A DNA stretch of 64,000 bases from an uncultured Pseudomonadota bacterium. GTDB lineage: Bacteria; Pseudomonadota; Gammaproteobacteria; Steroidobacterales; Steroidobacteraceae. The position numbers were made by a program, and so were the translations under genes. The stretch lies in assembly GCA_902826575.1 (NCBI GenBank), contig CADEFJ010000002.1, positions 34,771 to 98,770 of the forward strand. The letters run 5' to 3'. Below are positions 50,269 through 60,392 of the stretch, piece by piece (position 1 is the stretch's first letter; every line of letters starts with the position of its first letter). The notes under the pieces are model-generated. The model was not told the DNA's origin and searched no databases. It saw only the letters and a program-made list of their open reading frames with translations.

Positions 50269-52728
50269 ATGCGGTCACTACGCGGGGTTGTGCGCACCAT
50301 GTTGGGATGCGCGGTAATGTCACTGGCTTTCGGCGGCGCCGCCGCTGCGCAGGAGCAGGATTCCGAAAGGGGACGAACGCTCGACGAAGTGGTGGTCACA
50401 GCGCAGAAGCGCGAGCAGAACGTGCAGGATGTGCCGATCGTCATCACGGCCGTCTCGGGCCAGTTGCTGCAGGACACCGGTGTGCACGACATCAAGGACC
50501 TCACGGTCCTCGTGCCGGGCCTGATCGTCACCTCGACCAGCAACGAGACCAGCACCACCGCCCGCATCCGCGGCATGGGCACGGTCGGCGACAACATCGG
50601 CCTCGAATCTTCCGTCGGCGTCGTGATCGACGAGGTCTACCGGCCGCGCAACGGCGTCGGCTTCGGCGACCTCGGTGAACTCGAGCGCATCGAGGTGCTG
50701 AAAGGCCCGCAGGGCACGCTGTTCGGCAAGAACACCTCCGCGGGCGTCATCAACGTCAAGACCAAGGCGCCGAGCTTCGACGTCGATGCCAACATCGCGC
50801 TGACCGCAGGCAACCTTGGCCAGCTCGAGCAGGCGTTTTCGCTCACCGGGCCGCTCGTCGGCGACAAGCTTGCCGGGCGCATCTTCCTCGCCCACCGTGA
50901 ACATGACGGCTTCCTCGATGTCGACACCGGCATCGGCCCGCGCGTCGCCACGACCGACATGGACCGCGACGTCAACACGGTGCGCGGCCAGCTCCTGTGG
51001 CGGGCCAGTGAGACCTTCGAAGCGCGGCTGATCGCCGACTGGTCGGAGCGCAACGAGCAATGCTGCATTGGTGTGCAGTACGTCACCGGCCCGACCGGCC
51101 CCATCGTCGCGGCGCTCTCGGGAGGCGCGATTGCGGTGCCCGCCGATCCGTTCGCGCGTACCGCCTATGCCAATCGCGACACGATCCAGGACATCCGCGA
51201 CCACGGCGCCTCGCTGCAGCTGGACTGGGATCTCGCGGGCGGTGCGACCCTGACCTCGGTGACCGCATGGCGCAACTGGGAGACCGAGAACGGCCAGGAC
51301 AGCGACTTCAGCGGCGCCGGCATCCTGTTCCGCGATTCCAAGGGCTACACCAATACCTTCGAGACCCTGACCCAGGAGCTGCGGCTTGCCGGGAACAACG
51401 GGCGGCTTACATGGTTGGTGGGCGCCTTCTACGCGGACGAGGACCTCGAGTCGATCAACGCGCTGAATTACGACACGCAGTTCGAGCCTTATGTGAGCCT
51501 GCTGCTCACCCAGGGTGCCTCCACGGCGTTGCTCAGTCCGCTGCTGGGGCGTGCACCGGGCACCTCTTATTCACTTGGCTTCGGCTCGCACGACACCTAC
51601 GCCCAGAGCGCGAAGAGCTGGGCGCTGTTCACGAACAACAGCTTCGCCATCACTGACCAGTTCGAGGTCACGCTTGGCCTGCGTTACACCGACGAGGAGA
51701 AGAATCTCACCTCGAACTACGACAACGTCGGGGACGGCGTGGGTTGCGCGGCGGTGCGCGCCCGCCAGCCGATCATGCCGATCATCCTGGGCCTGGCAGG
51801 CATTCCCGCCGCGTCGCACGCGGCGATCATTGCGGGCCTGGGTTCGCTCGGCTGCGCCAATTTCAGCGACCCGCTGTACAACGACTTCTCGCATTCGCAG
51901 AAGATCGCCGAGGGTGAATGGAGCGGCACGGCCAAGCTGTCGTATCGCTTCACCGACGACGCCATGGGTTACGCCTCGTACGCGCGCGGCTACAAGGCGA
52001 GCGGCTTCAACCTCGATCGCGAGCGCACGAGCGTCAATCCGTACGCCCCCGGCGTGGCAGTCGACACCGACACGTCGTTCGCGCCGGAGGAAGTCGATTC
52101 CTACGAACTCGGCCTGAAGACCACCTGGGCGGGCAACTCGCTGGCCCTCAATGCCGCCGCGTTCTACCAGGAGTACACGGGCTTCCAGCTGAACACCTTC
52201 ACCGGCACGGTGTTCGTCGTGGCCTCGATCCCCGAGGTGACCTCGCAGGGCGTCGACTTCGACTTCACCTGGTTCACGCCGCTCGACAGCCTGAGCTTCC
52301 AGGGCGGCATCACCTATGCCGACACCCAGTATGGCGACTTCGTGCCGTCCTTCGCGGGAGGCCAGCGCCTGCCCGGCGCGCGGATGTCATTCGCGCCGGA
52401 ATGGTCCGGTACCCTGGCGGCGACGTTCGAGCACCCGATCGGGGCGAACCTGAAGTGGCGCATGAACGTCGGCGCGAAGTACATGTCCGATTTCAACACC
52501 GGCTCGGACCTGAACCCGACCAAGGACCAGGACGCGTTCACGCTGGTCGACGCCCGCATCGGCATCGGCTCGCAGAGCGACAGCTGGGCGCTCGAGCTGT
52601 GGGGCAGGAATGTGTTCGACGAGGACTACATCCAGCTGGGCTTCGATGCGACGCTGCAGCCGGGCACCACGGGCGCGTTCCTCGGCAATCCGCAGACGTA
52701 CGGTGCGACGTTCCGGCTCAAGTTCTAG
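50269..52728 (+). CDS. TonB-dependent outer-membrane receptor
   Basis: It has a signal peptide, a plug region (LDEVVVTAQKREQNVQDVPI) and the terminal ...TYGATFRLKF. An AAGGAG Shine-Dalgarno lies upstream. Confidence 0.92.
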   Translation: MRSLRGVVRTMLGCAVMSLAFGGAAAAQEQDSERGRTLDEVVVTAQKREQNVQDVPIVITAVSGQLLQDTGVHDIKDLTVLVPGLIVTSTSNETSTTARIRGMGTVGDNIGLESSVGVVIDEVYRPRNGVGFGDLGELERIEVLKGPQGTLFGKNTSAGVINVKTKAPSFDVDANIALTAGNLGQLEQAFSLTGPLVGDKLAGRIFLAHREHDGFLDVDTGIGPRVATTDMDRDVNTVRGQLLWRASETFEARLIADWSERNEQCCIGVQYVTGPTGPIVAALSGGAIAVPADPFARTAYANRDTIQDIRDHGASLQLDWDLAGGATLTSVTAWRNWETENGQDSDFSGAGILFRDSKGYTNTFETLTQELRLAGNNGRLTWLVGAFYADEDLESINALNYDTQFEPYVSLLLTQGASTALLSPLLGRAPGTSYSLGFGSHDTYAQSAKSWALFTNNSFAITDQFEVTLGLRYTDEEKNLTSNYDNVGDGVGCAAVRARQPIMPIILGLAGIPAASHAAIIAGLGSLGCANFSDPLYNDFSHSQKIAEGEWSGTAKLSYRFTDDAMGYASYARGYKASGFNLDRERTSVNPYAPGVAVDTDTSFAPEEVDSYELGLKTTWAGNSLALNAAAFYQEYTGFQLNTFTGTVFVVASIPEVTSQGVDFDFTWFTPLDSLSFQGGITYADTQYGDFVPSFAGGQRLPGARMSFAPEWSGTLAATFEHPIGANLKWRMNVGAKYMSDFNTGSDLNPTKDQDAFTLVDARIGIGSQSDSWALELWGRNVFDEDYIQLGFDATLQPGTTGAFLGNPQTYGATFRLKF

Positions 52729-52741
52729 GGGGGAAGGCAGG

Positions 52742-52766
52742 CGGCGGCCGGTTGATCCGGCCGCCG
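52742..52766. terminator. perfect 10-bp GC hairpin between convergent genes (possible bidirectional terminator)
   Basis: cggcggccgg-ttgat-ccggccgccg. There is no U-tract on either side. Confidence 0.3.
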
Positions 52767-53132
52767 TCAGCCGTTGGCGACCTGGGGCTCCGGCAGGACG
52801 GCAGCGGGTGCAGGCTCGAGGGCCTCAATGGGCCCGATGCGCGGGATTGGTCCACTGCCGTGGAAGCGCTGCCCGGTATTGGCGAGCCACCGCTCGATGT
52901 GGCGGCTGAAGCGCTCTATCGCCTCGGCCCGCAGCTTCGCGACGATGTCCGCGCCGCCGAGCTTTTCCTGGGTGGCCGGCAGTTGCCACCACCACTGCAG
53001 TCGATCGAGCCGCGCGCCGTCGAGATACGGCATCGTGATCGAGAAGCGCCGGCCGGCGCGCGTAGGCGCCGTTTCGGCGTGGGAAAAATAATCCTCAAGC
53101 ACGCGCGGCAAATCGAAGTGCGGCATGCGCAA
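52767..53132 (-). CDS. hypothetical protein (121 aa)
   Basis: Third-position G/C bias looks coding, and it lies downstream of an ACAD gene. I recognised no motif. Confidence 0.5.
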   Translation of the reverse strand: MRMPHFDLPRVLEDYFSHAETAPTRAGRRFSITMPYLDGARLDRLQWWWQLPATQEKLGGADIVAKLRAEAIERFSRHIERWLANTGQRFHGSGPIPRIGPIEALEPAPAAVLPEPQVANG

Positions 53133-53186
53133 TCCGTGATGACTGCGGAAGTGACCGCATCATAACGGCATTGCCGCGCGTTTGTC

Positions 53187-54392
53187 TCAGCTGTATCGCG
53201 CCAACTCGAGCTTGCCGATGTGATTGCGATGCACTTCGTCGGGTCCGTCCGCGAAGCGGAGCGTGCGCGCCTGCGCATAGGCATACGCGAGACCGAAGTC
53301 GTCGCTGACTCCGGCCGCACCATGCAGCTGGATCGCCCAGTCGATCACCTGGCAGGCCATCAATGGCGCCGCCACCTTGATCATCGCGATTTCCTTGGCG
53401 GCCGCCTTGTTGCCGACGGTATCCATCATCTGCGCCGCCTTCAGTACCAGCAGGCGCGCCTGGTCGATCAGGATGCGCGCATCGGCGATGCGCTCGAGCG
53501 TGACGGTCTGCGCCGCGATCGGCTTGCCGAACGCGACGCGTGCGAGCGCGCGTCGGCACATCTTCTCGAGCGCGCGTTCGGCGAGCCCGATCAGGCGCAT
53601 GCAATGGTGGATGCGGCCGGGGCCGAGGCGGCCCTGCGCGATCGAGAAGCCGTCGCCTTCGTTCTGCAGCAGGTTCGCGGCCGGCACCCGCACATTCTCG
53701 AACAGCAGCTCGCCATGGCCATGCGGGGCGTCGTCATAGCCGAACACCGGCAGCGAGCGCAGGATGGTGATCCCGGGCGTGTCGCGCGGCACCAGGATCA
53801 TCGATTGCTGCCTGTGGCGCGAGGCATGGTGCGGGTCGGTCTTGCCCATCACGATGAACAGCGCGCAGCGCGGGTCGGGCGCGCCCGAGGACCACCATTT
53901 GCGGCCGTTCACGACGTACTCGTTGCCGTCCCGCACGATGGATGTCTCGATATTGGTCGCGTCGCTCGAAGCGACGGCGGGCTCGGTCATCGCAAAGCAC
54001 GAACGGATCTCGCCGGCGAGCAGCGGCTCGAGCCAGCGGCGCTGCTGCTCCGCGCTGCCGTAGCGCTCGAGCACTTCCATGTTGCCGGTGTCGGGCGCCG
54101 AGCAATTGAACACTTCCGGCGACCAGATCACGCGACCCATCACTTCGCACAGCGGCGCGTACTCGAGGTTCGTGAGGCCGGGGCCGTGCTTCGATTCCGG
54201 CAGGAACAGGTTCCAGAGCCCCTGCGAGCGCGCCTTCTCCTTCAGCTCCTCGACGATGCGGGTCGGCTGCCAGCGATCGCCCTCGGCCACCTGGGCGGCA
54301 AATTCCGCTTCCCGCGGATAGATGTGCTCGTCCATGAAGGCCTGCAGCCGCGCCAGCAACTCGAGCGTGCGCGCGTTGTACTCGAAATCCAT
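53187..54392 (-). CDS. acyl-CoA dehydrogenase (ACAD10/11 / FadE-like)
   Basis: I trimmed the start to [28 protein letters not shown] and ...[14 protein letters not shown] are present. Confidence 0.9.
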   Translation of the reverse strand: MDFEYNARTLELLARLQAFMDEHIYPREAEFAAQVAEGDRWQPTRIVEELKEKARSQGLWNLFLPESKHGPGLTNLEYAPLCEVMGRVIWSPEVFNCSAPDTGNMEVLERYGSAEQQRRWLEPLLAGEIRSCFAMTEPAVASSDATNIETSIVRDGNEYVVNGRKWWSSGAPDPRCALFIVMGKTDPHHASRHRQQSMILVPRDTPGITILRSLPVFGYDDAPHGHGELLFENVRVPAANLLQNEGDGFSIAQGRLGPGRIHHCMRLIGLAERALEKMCRRALARVAFGKPIAAQTVTLERIADARILIDQARLLVLKAAQMMDTVGNKAAAKEIAMIKVAAPLMACQVIDWAIQLHGAAGVSDDFGLAYAYAQARTLRFADGPDEVHRNHIGKLELARYS

Positions 54393-54394
54393 GC

Positions 54395-55375
54395 TTACTC
54401 TCCCGGAAGAATGACGAGCTTGCCCGACACGCGCCGCTCCATGAGCGCGCGGATCGCCTCGCCGCCGCGCGCCAGCGGGTAGGTGCCAGCGACGTGCGGG
54501 CGCAGCTTGCCGGCGCCCAGCCACTTGAAGAGTGTGGCGAGGTCGGCCGCGACGCGCGCGGGCTCGCGGCGGATGTAGTCGCCGAGGAACACGCCCACGA
54601 CCGCACAGCCCTTCAGCAGCGTGAGATTGGCCGGAATGCGCGGGATCTCGCCGTTCGCGAAACCGACAATGAGGTGCCGCCCGCGCCAGGCGCAACTGCG
54701 CAGCGCCGGCTCGGTGTAGATGCCGCCGACCGGATCGTAGACCACATCGACGCCGCGGCCGGCGGTGAGCGCCTTCACGCGCTCGCGCAGGTCTTCGCCT
54801 GCGTAGTTGATCAGCTCATCGGCGCCATGCTCGCGGCACACCGCGAGCTTCGCGGCGCTCGAGGCCGCGGCGATCACGCGCGCCCCGAGCACCTTGCCGA
54901 TCTCGATCGCGGCAAGCCCCACGCCGCCCGAGGCGCCGAGCACCAGCAGGGTCTCGCCCGGTTGCAGTGCGCCGCGGTCGACGAGCCCGTGGTATGACGT
55001 CGCATAGGTCATCACGAATGCGGCACCCGCCGGGAAATCGAGCCCTGGCGGCATCGGTATGAGCGATGCCGCATCGACGGCGACCTGGCTGGCGAACGCA
55101 CCGTGGATCGTGAAGGCGATGACGCGATCGCCGATCCTGGCATTGGTCACCCCGGCGCCCACGGCGCGCACCACTCCCGCACACTCGCCGCCCGGCGCGA
55201 ACGGCGGCGCTGGCTTGAACTGGTATTTTCCCTCGATGATCAGCGAGTCGGGGAAATTGACGCCGGCGGCATGCACGTCGATGACGACCTGCTTGTCGCC
55301 CGGCACGAGGTCCGGGACTTCCTCGACCACGAGCGTCTCGGGAGGGCCGTACTGCTTGCAGAGTAGTGCTTTCAT
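54395..55375 (-). CDS. NADPH:quinone oxidoreductase (MDR/zeta-crystallin family)
   Basis: I trimmed the start to [30 protein letters not shown] is present. Confidence 0.88.
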   Translation of the reverse strand: MKALLCKQYGPPETLVVEEVPDLVPGDKQVVIDVHAAGVNFPDSLIIEGKYQFKPAPPFAPGGECAGVVRAVGAGVTNARIGDRVIAFTIHGAFASQVAVDAASLIPMPPGLDFPAGAAFVMTYATSYHGLVDRGALQPGETLLVLGASGGVGLAAIEIGKVLGARVIAAASSAAKLAVCREHGADELINYAGEDLRERVKALTAGRGVDVVYDPVGGIYTEPALRSCAWRGRHLIVGFANGEIPRIPANLTLLKGCAVVGVFLGDYIRREPARVAADLATLFKWLGAGKLRPHVAGTYPLARGGEAIRALMERRVSGKLVILPGE

Positions 55376-56223
55376 GGCATGGGACTCGTCGGCGTGCGCC
55401 CCTCGAGGATCTCCCGGGCGCGGGTCTCGATGGACGGCAGGATCACCGGGTGGGGGATGATGTAGAAGCGGCCCTCTTTCACGCCCTCGATCGTCAACCT
55501 GGCAACGTCGGCTGCGGTGAGGCGGCCCGAGCGGGTCGCACGACGCATGCGCGCCTCGAAGGGTCCCGCGAGCGGGTTGGTCGCGGCAAGTGCGGCCGGC
55601 CGGTTGCGCGCGGAGTCCGCGATGCCCGTGTCGACGAAGGCGGGCGCGAGGACCGACACCGCCAGAGGCGACTTCGCGAGCGCGAGATCGTGCAGCAGGC
55701 ACTCCGACAGCGTGACGACCGCGTGCTTGCTCGCGCAGTACACGGCCGAGCCGGGTACCGAGATGAAGCCGGCGACCGAGGCGGTGTTGACGATGTGTCC
55801 GTCCGCTCCGCGCTCGAGCATCCGCGGCACGAAACTGCGGATGCCGTGCACGACGCCCATCAGGTTCACGCCGAGCGACCATTGCCAGTCCTCGATGGTG
55901 GCCGCCCACACCGGACCGCCGACGGCGACCCCGGCGTTGTTGAAGAGCAGGTGCACGTCGCCGCAGGCGTCGAAGGATGCCCTGGCGAGGCGCTCGACCG
56001 AATCGGCCTGCGAAACATCGCAGGCGACTGCGAGCGGCGCCGCGGCCGCACTGGCGGCGTTGCCTGCCGGCGGCAGCAGCGCGATCGTCGCATCAAGACC
56101 CGCCAGGTCGAGGTCGGCAAGCACGAGCCGCATACCCTCCCGCGCGCAGGCGAGCGCAATCTCGCGACCAATGCCGCTCGCCGCGCCGGTGACCACCGCC
56201 ACCTTGCCGGTCAGCTCGCGCAT
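55372..56223 (-). CDS. SDR family oxidoreductase
   Basis: It has TGAASGIG, NNAG and YCASK. The stop overlaps the next start (ATGA). Confidence 0.88.
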   Translation of the reverse strand: MRELTGKVAVVTGAASGIGREIALACAREGMRLVLADLDLAGLDATIALLPPAGNAASAAAAPLAVACDVSQADSVERLARASFDACGDVHLLFNNAGVAVGGPVWAATIEDWQWSLGVNLMGVVHGIRSFVPRMLERGADGHIVNTASVAGFISVPGSAVYCASKHAVVTLSECLLHDLALAKSPLAVSVLAPAFVDTGIADSARNRPAALAATNPLAGPFEARMRRATRSGRLTAADVARLTIEGVKEGRFYIIPHPVILPSIETRAREILEGRTPTSPMP

Positions 56224-56228
56224 CGTGC

Positions 56229-56999
56229 TCAGGCCACCAGGTAGCCGCCGTCGACGTTGAGCGCCACCCCGGTCGTGTAACTGGCGGCCGGCGACACGAG
56301 GTAGAGCACCGCGCCCGCCATTTCGCCGGGCTCCGCCGTGCGGTTCATCGGAATGTGCGGCAGCGCTTGCGCCAGCACCGCCGGATTACGCGTCAGCGCC
56401 GCGGCGAATTTCGTATCGGTGAGGCCCGGCAGCAGTGCGTTGACGCGGATGCCGTCAGCTGCGCACTCCCGCGCAAACGCCTTGGTCATCGAGATCACGG
56501 CAGCCTTGGTGATCGAGTACACGCCCTGCAGTGGCCCCGGAATCACGCCGTTGATCGACGCCACATTGACGATGCTGCCCCCGCCACCGCGCGCCATCAG
56601 CTTTGCGCCGGCCTGCGACATGAAGAAGTAGCCGCGGATGTTCACGTCGACCGTCTTCTGGAATGCCGCCGGATCGATCGAGGTGATCGGGCCGTAATGG
56701 GGATTGGTCGCGGCGTTGTTGACGAGGATGTCGAGCCGGCCGTGTGCCGCCTCGATCGCGGTGAAAGTCCTGGCGATGTCCTCGAGTTCGCCGATGTGGC
56801 AGCTGAGGGCAGTGGCCTGGCCGCCCGCCGCGCGGATCGAGGCGGCGACCGTCTCGCAGCCGTCGAGCTTGCGGCTCGAGACGATCACATGGGCGCCGGC
56901 GCCGGCGAGGGCGCGGGCGATCGATTCACCGATGCCGCGTGACGCGCCGGTGACGAGGGCCACGCGGCCCGACAGATCGAACGAGGGTGTGGTGCTCAT
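56229..56999 (-). CDS. SDR family oxidoreductase
   Basis: It has TGASRGIG, NNAA and YSITK. I trimmed the start to MSTTPSF at 56999. Confidence 0.9.
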   Translation of the reverse strand: MSTTPSFDLSGRVALVTGASRGIGESIARALAGAGAHVIVSSRKLDGCETVAASIRAAGGQATALSCHIGELEDIARTFTAIEAAHGRLDILVNNAATNPHYGPITSIDPAAFQKTVDVNIRGYFFMSQAGAKLMARGGGGSIVNVASINGVIPGPLQGVYSITKAAVISMTKAFARECAADGIRVNALLPGLTDTKFAAALTRNPAVLAQALPHIPMNRTAEPGEMAGAVLYLVSPAASYTTGVALNVDGGYLVA

Positions 57000-57026
57000 C
57001 GCGCTGGCTAGCCTAGGCCCGGGTGT

Positions 57027-57049
57027 GGAATCATTCAAATGAATGTTCC
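57027..57049. promoter_or_regulatory. near-perfect palindrome in the divergent SDR/LysR intergenic region (candidate LysR-type operator)
   Basis: GGAATCATTCAAATGAATGTTCC has an ATTCA-N2-TGAAT core and fits the T-N11-A style of LysR boxes. It lies 13 nt upstream of the LysR ATG. Confidence 0.4.
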
Positions 57050-57061
57050 AGATCTGCGGGA

Positions 57062-57982
57062 ATGAATCCTGTGCATATACGTGGCATCGACCTCAACCTG
57101 CTCGTGGTGCTCGATGCGATCATCACCGAAGGCGGCATCACCAGGGCCGCCGGCAAACTGAACCTGACGCAGCCGGCGATCAGCCATGCACTCGGCAGGC
57201 TGCGCATCCTCTTCGACGATCCGCTCTTCGTGCGCGACGGGCGCACGATGCGCGCGACGCCGATGGCGCGCAGTCTCGCCGGGCCGGTGCGCCGCGCGTT
57301 GCGCGGCCTCGAGGTCATGCTCACGGAAACCGAGTCGTTCGATCCGGCGACGAGCCAGCGGCGCTTCACGATTGGCGTACGTGACGTCTTCGAGGCCACG
57401 TTGCTGCCCCCGCTGATGCGCGCGGTCCAGCGGGTGGCGCCGCGGGTGGAAGTGGCCGCGCTGATGGTGGGCCGCAGCGAGCTCGAGGCGGAAATGGCCG
57501 CGGGTCGCCTCGATGCGGCGCTCGACGTGCGCTGGCCGATGAGCGAAGCAGTGCGCCGACAGCGAATCGCCGAAGAGCGACTGGTCGTGATCATGCGCCG
57601 GCGCCACCCGGTCGTGAAGGGCAGCCTCGACCTCGACGGGTATCTCGCGCAGGAGCATATCGCCGTGAGTTCGCGGCGCAGCGGCCAGGGTCCGGTGGAC
57701 CAGGAACTTGCGCGCCTCGGGCTGCGGCGCCATGTGCGCCTGCGCTGCCAGCACTATTTCGCGGCCTGCCGGGTGGCCGCGATGACCAATCTGCTCCTCA
57801 CGATGCCCGAGCAGTACGCGCGGATCGTGAACCGGAACCTGCCGAACCGGGTGCTGCCTCTGCCGCTTGCGATGCCGCCGCTAGATGCCTACCTCTACTG
57901 GCACGCCGACGCCGACCGCGATCCCGCCAATCGCTGGTTGCGGGAACAGTTGGCGACGGTGTTTGCACCACGCCCGGGCTAG
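57062..57982 (+). CDS. LysR family transcriptional regulator
   Basis: IDLNLLVVLDAIITEGGITRAAGKLNLTQPAISHALGRLR is a LysR helix-turn-helix. I trimmed the start to the ATG at 57062. Confidence 0.9.
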   Translation: MNPVHIRGIDLNLLVVLDAIITEGGITRAAGKLNLTQPAISHALGRLRILFDDPLFVRDGRTMRATPMARSLAGPVRRALRGLEVMLTETESFDPATSQRRFTIGVRDVFEATLLPPLMRAVQRVAPRVEVAALMVGRSELEAEMAAGRLDAALDVRWPMSEAVRRQRIAEERLVVIMRRRHPVVKGSLDLDGYLAQEHIAVSSRRSGQGPVDQELARLGLRRHVRLRCQHYFAACRVAAMTNLLLTMPEQYARIVNRNLPNRVLPLPLAMPPLDAYLYWHADADRDPANRWLREQLATVFAPRPG

Positions 57983-59175
57983 CGCGGCCCGGCCTTCCTC
58001 TTCCCGCCCGGCAATCCAACCGCGCGCTGCAGCCCGGCCGCGCCAAAGCGTTGCCGTATCGCATCCATCGCCGCATCGAGTGGTGGTGGCTGCGGCACGC
58101 TGCCTGCCGCAAAGAGATCCAGTTGCGTGGCCGGCGCGAGATCGGTGACCGCGACGCCGAGCAGACGCACGCGCGCGTGCGGATACTCCGCCCGCCACTT
58201 TCGCAGCAGGTCGCAGGCCGCGCGGCTGATCACGCGGCTGTCCTGCGTTGCCGGCTCGAGCTGCAGCTGGCGCGTGAAAGTCGCGAAATCGGCGCGCCGG
58301 ACTTTCACCGCCACGCAGCCCGCGGCCAGGCTCTTCCTGCGCAGTCGTTCGCTCGCGCGATCGCCGAGCGCAAGCAGCTCCGCTTCGAGGCGCACCGGAT
58401 CCGACAGGTCGGTGTCGAAGGTCTCCTCGGCGCTGATGGAGAGGTCCTCCCGATCGGGGAGCACCGGTCGGTCGTCGATGCCGCCTGCCCGCTCGCGCAT
58501 GCGCTGCGTGTCGCGGCCGAACAGGGGCCACAACACGGCGTCGGATGCACGCCGCAATTGCCCGAGCGTCTCGAGTCCGGCGCGCTCCACTTCGTCGCCC
58601 TTCTTGCGCCCGAGGCCGGGGAGGCGGCGAATGGAGAGCGCGTCGAGCCGCTGCGGCAGTTCTGCGGAGCTGATCACCGTGAGTGCATCGGGCTTCTCGA
58701 GGTCGGAGGCGATCTTGGCGACGAGCTTGTTCGGCGCGACGCCCACGGAGGCGTTGAGCCGGGTGCGGGCCAGGATCGTCGCCTTGATCGTGCGCGCGAT
58801 CGTCACGGCATCGCCATGCAGCGCGCGGCTCGCGGTCACATCGAGGAAGGCCTCGTCGAGGGACCGTCCTTCGACCAGCGGCGTGATCTCGTGGAACACC
58901 GCAAATACCTCGCGCGACACGGCCTGGTAGTGCGACATGCGCGGCATGATGCAGACGGCCTGCGGGCACAGTTGCAGCGCGCGGCGCATCGGCATCGCCG
59001 AGTGCACGCCGAAGCGGCGCACGACGTAGTTGGCCGCCGCAACCACGCCGCGCGCGCTGGTGCCGCCGACGATCACTGGTTGGCCGCGCAAGGCAGGCTC
59101 GTCGCGCTCTTCGATCGACGCGTAGAACGCGTCCATGTCGACGTGCAGGATCGCGCGCTCGCGCGCGGCGCCCAT
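57979..59175 (-). CDS. dinB: DNA polymerase IV
   Basis: ILHVDMDAFYASIEERDEP, SLDEAFLDVT and the Y-family pattern are present. The start at 59175 overlaps the upstream stop (ATGA). Confidence 0.93.
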   Translation of the reverse strand: MGAARERAILHVDMDAFYASIEERDEPALRGQPVIVGGTSARGVVAAANYVVRRFGVHSAMPMRRALQLCPQAVCIMPRMSHYQAVSREVFAVFHEITPLVEGRSLDEAFLDVTASRALHGDAVTIARTIKATILARTRLNASVGVAPNKLVAKIASDLEKPDALTVISSAELPQRLDALSIRRLPGLGRKKGDEVERAGLETLGQLRRASDAVLWPLFGRDTQRMRERAGGIDDRPVLPDREDLSISAEETFDTDLSDPVRLEAELLALGDRASERLRRKSLAAGCVAVKVRRADFATFTRQLQLEPATQDSRVISRAACDLLRKWRAEYPHARVRLLGVAVTDLAPATQLDLFAAGSVPQPPPLDAAMDAIRQRFGAAGLQRAVGLPGGKRKAGPR

Positions 59176-60392
59176 CAGAGGGTCACGACGCTGACGAGCG
59201 CCGTGAGCACCAGCATGGTCATGCTCACTGACAGGTACACGGTGCCCATGAAGAGGTACTTCAGGAGCGTGCGGCGGCGGCTCTGGCCGTAGTACACCCG
59301 CATCGCGCGGAAGAGGTACCAGATGAGCCACAGGAAGACGATCCAGCCGAGCACGGGCGCGCCGCGCGTGTCACGCAACAGCCAGAACACCGGTATCAGC
59401 AGCGTGCCGAGCAGGAAGATCATCGCGTGGTTGTGGATATAGAAGAGCAGGTGCTCGACGTAGTAGCGCCGCGGTCGCCAGTAAATGAGCAGCATGAACG
59501 CCGCGATCAGGGGCAGGAACACGAACATCGCCCGCGGGATGTTGTGCAGGAACGCGCGCCCGAGCGAGCCCTCGTCCTCGACCGACTTGATGCAGCCGAG
59601 CTTCAGGCGTGGCGCCACCCAGGACCCCAAGGGGCCCACATAGTTGAGATCGCCGCAGATGCGCGCGGATCGGCTGGTCGCAGTCGCGGCCGTGCCATCG
59701 ACGGATGACGGCGCGGCGTCCGCCGGCTCCGAGACAGTGCCGTCCGCCGTGTCCCGCGCCTGCTTCGCCTCGAGTGCCTTCTGGCCGATGATCAGCGCGG
59801 CCCTGCGCTGCGGATCCTTCTCCGCGGCAAGCTGCGCCGCAATGTCCGCGAGTCCGGCGGCCCGCTCCGCGTCGAGCGTGCGTTGCTGCGCCATGTCGCC
59901 GAACTGGATCACCTCGGTATCCGGCAGCAGCGTGACCACGACGAAGAAGAGCAGGCTGACGACGATGTAGAGCCGAAATGGTGGCAGGTAGCGCTGGCGG
60001 CGGCCCGCGAAGAATTCGCGCGTCAGGAGCCCCGGGCGCGCGAGCAGCGGCCAGAGCGTGCGCCAGAGTCGCGAGTCGGCATGCGTGAGCCCCTCGAAGG
60101 CCTCGCTCAGGAAATGACCGAGGCGGTGGACGTGGGGGTCGTCGCGCTGTCCGCACGCGGCGCAATACTTGCCGGCAAGCGGCACGCCGCAATTAAGGCA
60201 GCGCGGGGCTTCGACGACCACGGCGCCGCTGCCATCGCTGTCGCCATCGCCGGCGGTGTCGGTGTCGGTGTCGGTGTCGGTGGCGGTGGCGGTGGCGGCG
60301 TCGGTGGCGGCGTCGCTGGTCGCGACCGCCACCGCGACCACGTCACCGGTGATCGCGTCATCGTCCTCGCCCCCCTCGACCCCGGCGTTCAC
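59175..60392 (-). CDS. zinc-ribbon multi-pass membrane protein (DUF3667-like) with low-complexity acidic N-terminus
   Basis: CLNCGVPLAGKYCAACG is followed by several TM helices. The GTG start overlaps the fadE stop (GTGA), but the true start may be further downstream. Confidence 0.68.
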   Translation of the reverse strand: MNAGVEGGEDDDAITGDVVAVAVATSDAATDAATATATDTDTDTDTAGDGDSDGSGAVVVEAPRCLNCGVPLAGKYCAACGQRDDPHVHRLGHFLSEAFEGLTHADSRLWRTLWPLLARPGLLTREFFAGRRQRYLPPFRLYIVVSLLFFVVVTLLPDTEVIQFGDMAQQRTLDAERAAGLADIAAQLAAEKDPQRRAALIIGQKALEAKQARDTADGTVSEPADAAPSSVDGTAATATSRSARICGDLNYVGPLGSWVAPRLKLGCIKSVEDEGSLGRAFLHNIPRAMFVFLPLIAAFMLLIYWRPRRYYVEHLLFYIHNHAMIFLLGTLLIPVFWLLRDTRGAPVLGWIVFLWLIWYLFRAMRVYYGQSRRRTLLKYLFMGTVYLSVSMTMLVLTALVSVVTL

